Of a stretch of DNA of 64,000 nt, positions 62,301 through 64,000 are shown one piece after another. The stretch lies in assembly GCF_039654945.1 (NCBI RefSeq), contig NW_027361819.1:5580001-5644000 (forward strand). The letters are read 5' to 3'. Under the pieces are notes generated by a model that had not been told where the DNA came from, made no database searches, and was given only the letters and a program-made list of their open reading frames with translations. The stretch is from Dendrobates tinctorius (Eukaryota). Within the stretch, counting starts at the first letter, position 1. Each line of letters starts with the position of its first letter. The translations under genes and the position numbers were made by a program.

Positions 62301-64000
62301 TTACTGATACTGAGTTACCTCCTGTATTATACCCCAGAGCTGCACTCACTATTCCACTGGTGCAGTCACTGTGTACATACATTACTGATCCTGAGTTACA
62401 TCCTGTATTATACTCCAGAGCTGCACTCACTATTCTGCTGGTGCCGTCACTGTGTACATACATTACTGATCCTGAGTTACATCCTGTATTATACTCCAGA
62501 GCTGCACTCACTATTCTGCTGGTGCAGTCACTGTGTACATACATTACATTACTGATCCTGAGTTACATCCTGTATTATACCCCAGAGCTGCACTCACTAT
62601 TCTGCTGGTGCAGTCACTGTGTATATACATTACATTACTGATCCTGAGTTACATCCTGTATTATACTCCAGAGCTGCACTCACTATTCTGCTGGTGCAGT
62701 CACTGTGCACATACATTACATTACTGATCCTGAGTGGCATCCAGTATTATACCCCAGAGCTGCACTCACTATTCTGCTGGTGCAGTCACTGTGTATATAC
62801 ATTACATTACTGATCCTGAGTTGCATCCTGTATTATACCCCACAGCTGCACTCACTATTCTGCTGGTGCAGTCACTGTGTATATACATTACATTACTGAT
62901 CCTGAGTTACATCCTGTATTACACCCCAGAGCTGCACTCACTATTCTGCTGGTGTAGTCACTGTGTACACACATTACATTACTGATCCTGAGTTACATCC
63001 TGTATTATACCCCAGAGCTGCACTCACTATTCCACTGGTGCAGTCACTGTGTACATACATTACTGATCCTGAGTTACATCCTGTATTATACTCCAGAGCT
63101 GCACTCACTATTCTGCTGGTGCAGTCACTGTGTATATACATTACATTACTGATCCTGAGTTACATCCTGTATTATACACAAGAGCTGCACTCACTATTCT
63201 GCTGGTGCAGTCACTGTGTACATACATTACATTACTGATCCTGAATTACATCCTGTATTACACCCCAGAGCTGCACTCACTATTCTGCTGGTGTAGTCAC
63301 TGTGTACATACATTACATTACTGATACTGAGTTACCTCCTGTATTATACCCCAGAGCTGCACTCACTATTCCACTGGTGCAGTCACTGTGTACATACATT
63401 ACTGATCCTGAGTTACATCCTGTATTATACTCCAGAGCTGCACTCACTATTCTGCTGGTGCCGTCACTGTGTACATACATTACTGATCCTGAGTTACATC
63501 CTGTATTATACTCCAGAGCTGCACTCACTATTCTGCTGGTGCAGTCACTGTGTACATACATTACATTACTGATCCTGAGTTACATCCTGTATTATACCCC
63601 AGAGCTGCACTCACTATTCTGCTGGTGCAGTCACTGTGTATATACATTACATTACTGATCCTGAGTTACATCCTGTATTATACCCAAGAGCTGCACTTAC
63701 TATTCTGCTGGTGCAGTCACTGTGTATATACAGTACATTACATTACTGATCCTGAGTTACCTCCTGTATTATACCCCAGAGCTGCACTCACTATTCTGCT
63801 GGTGCAGTCACTGTGTATATACATTACATTACTGATCCTGAGTTACATCCTGTATTATACTCCAGAGCTGCACTCACTATTCTGCTGGTGCAGTCACTGT
63901 GCACATACATTACATTACTGATCCTGAGTGGCATCCAGTATTATACCCCAGAGCTGCACTCACTATTCTGCTGGTGCAGTCACTGTGTATATACATTACA
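56332..64000. repeat. 86-bp satellite, ~89 copies, runs off the window
   Basis: Unit ACTATTCTGCTGGTGCAGTCACTGTGTACATACATTACATTACTGATCCTGAGTTACATCCTGTATTATACCCCAGAGCTGCACTC; ORF starts recur every 86 bp. Confidence 0.98.

Noticed and set aside
56356-63921. Dozens of 64-aa ORFs
   Set aside because: Products of the 86-bp satellite.
56332-64000. Possible hammerhead-bearing satellite (like newt satellite 2)
   Set aside because: The unit has CTGATCC/CTGAGTT but no CTGANGA plus GAAA core.

Overview
Eukaryotic (vertebrate, most likely anuran/frog by repeat content; inference) genomic DNA, not prokaryotic. The core is a near-identical head-to-tail triplication of a ~12.3 kb unit (15462-27793, 27794-40117, 40118-~52455). 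Each unit carries one intact 1565-codon single-exon ORF for an interferon-induced very large GTPase (GVIN1/VLIG, URGCP-like), followed by a Penelope-like retroelement (PLE). The PLE is complete only in copy 3, where it has two ~778 bp pseudo-LTRs, a 14 bp TSD, an RT plus GIY-YIG ORF broken by homopolymer frameshifts, and a candidate intron. Each pseudo-LTR holds a minimal hammerhead ribozyme, and a second, degenerate hammerhead lies just upstream of each GVIN exon. The left 16 kb is a stack of nested repeats: a 41-bp satellite; a candidate CTCF/IRF promoter and first exon; a 57-bp satellite with CTCF-like motifs, split by a Tc1 transposon; and an 8.1 kb non-autonomous hAT element (8 bp TSD) containing 32-bp and 52-bp satellites. 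The duplication breakpoint joins Penelope RT sequence to the 52-bp satellite. As a result, GVIN copies end up between hAT ends and between Penelope pseudo-LTRs/ribozymes. The right end (56332 onward) is an 86-bp satellite with higher-order structure.
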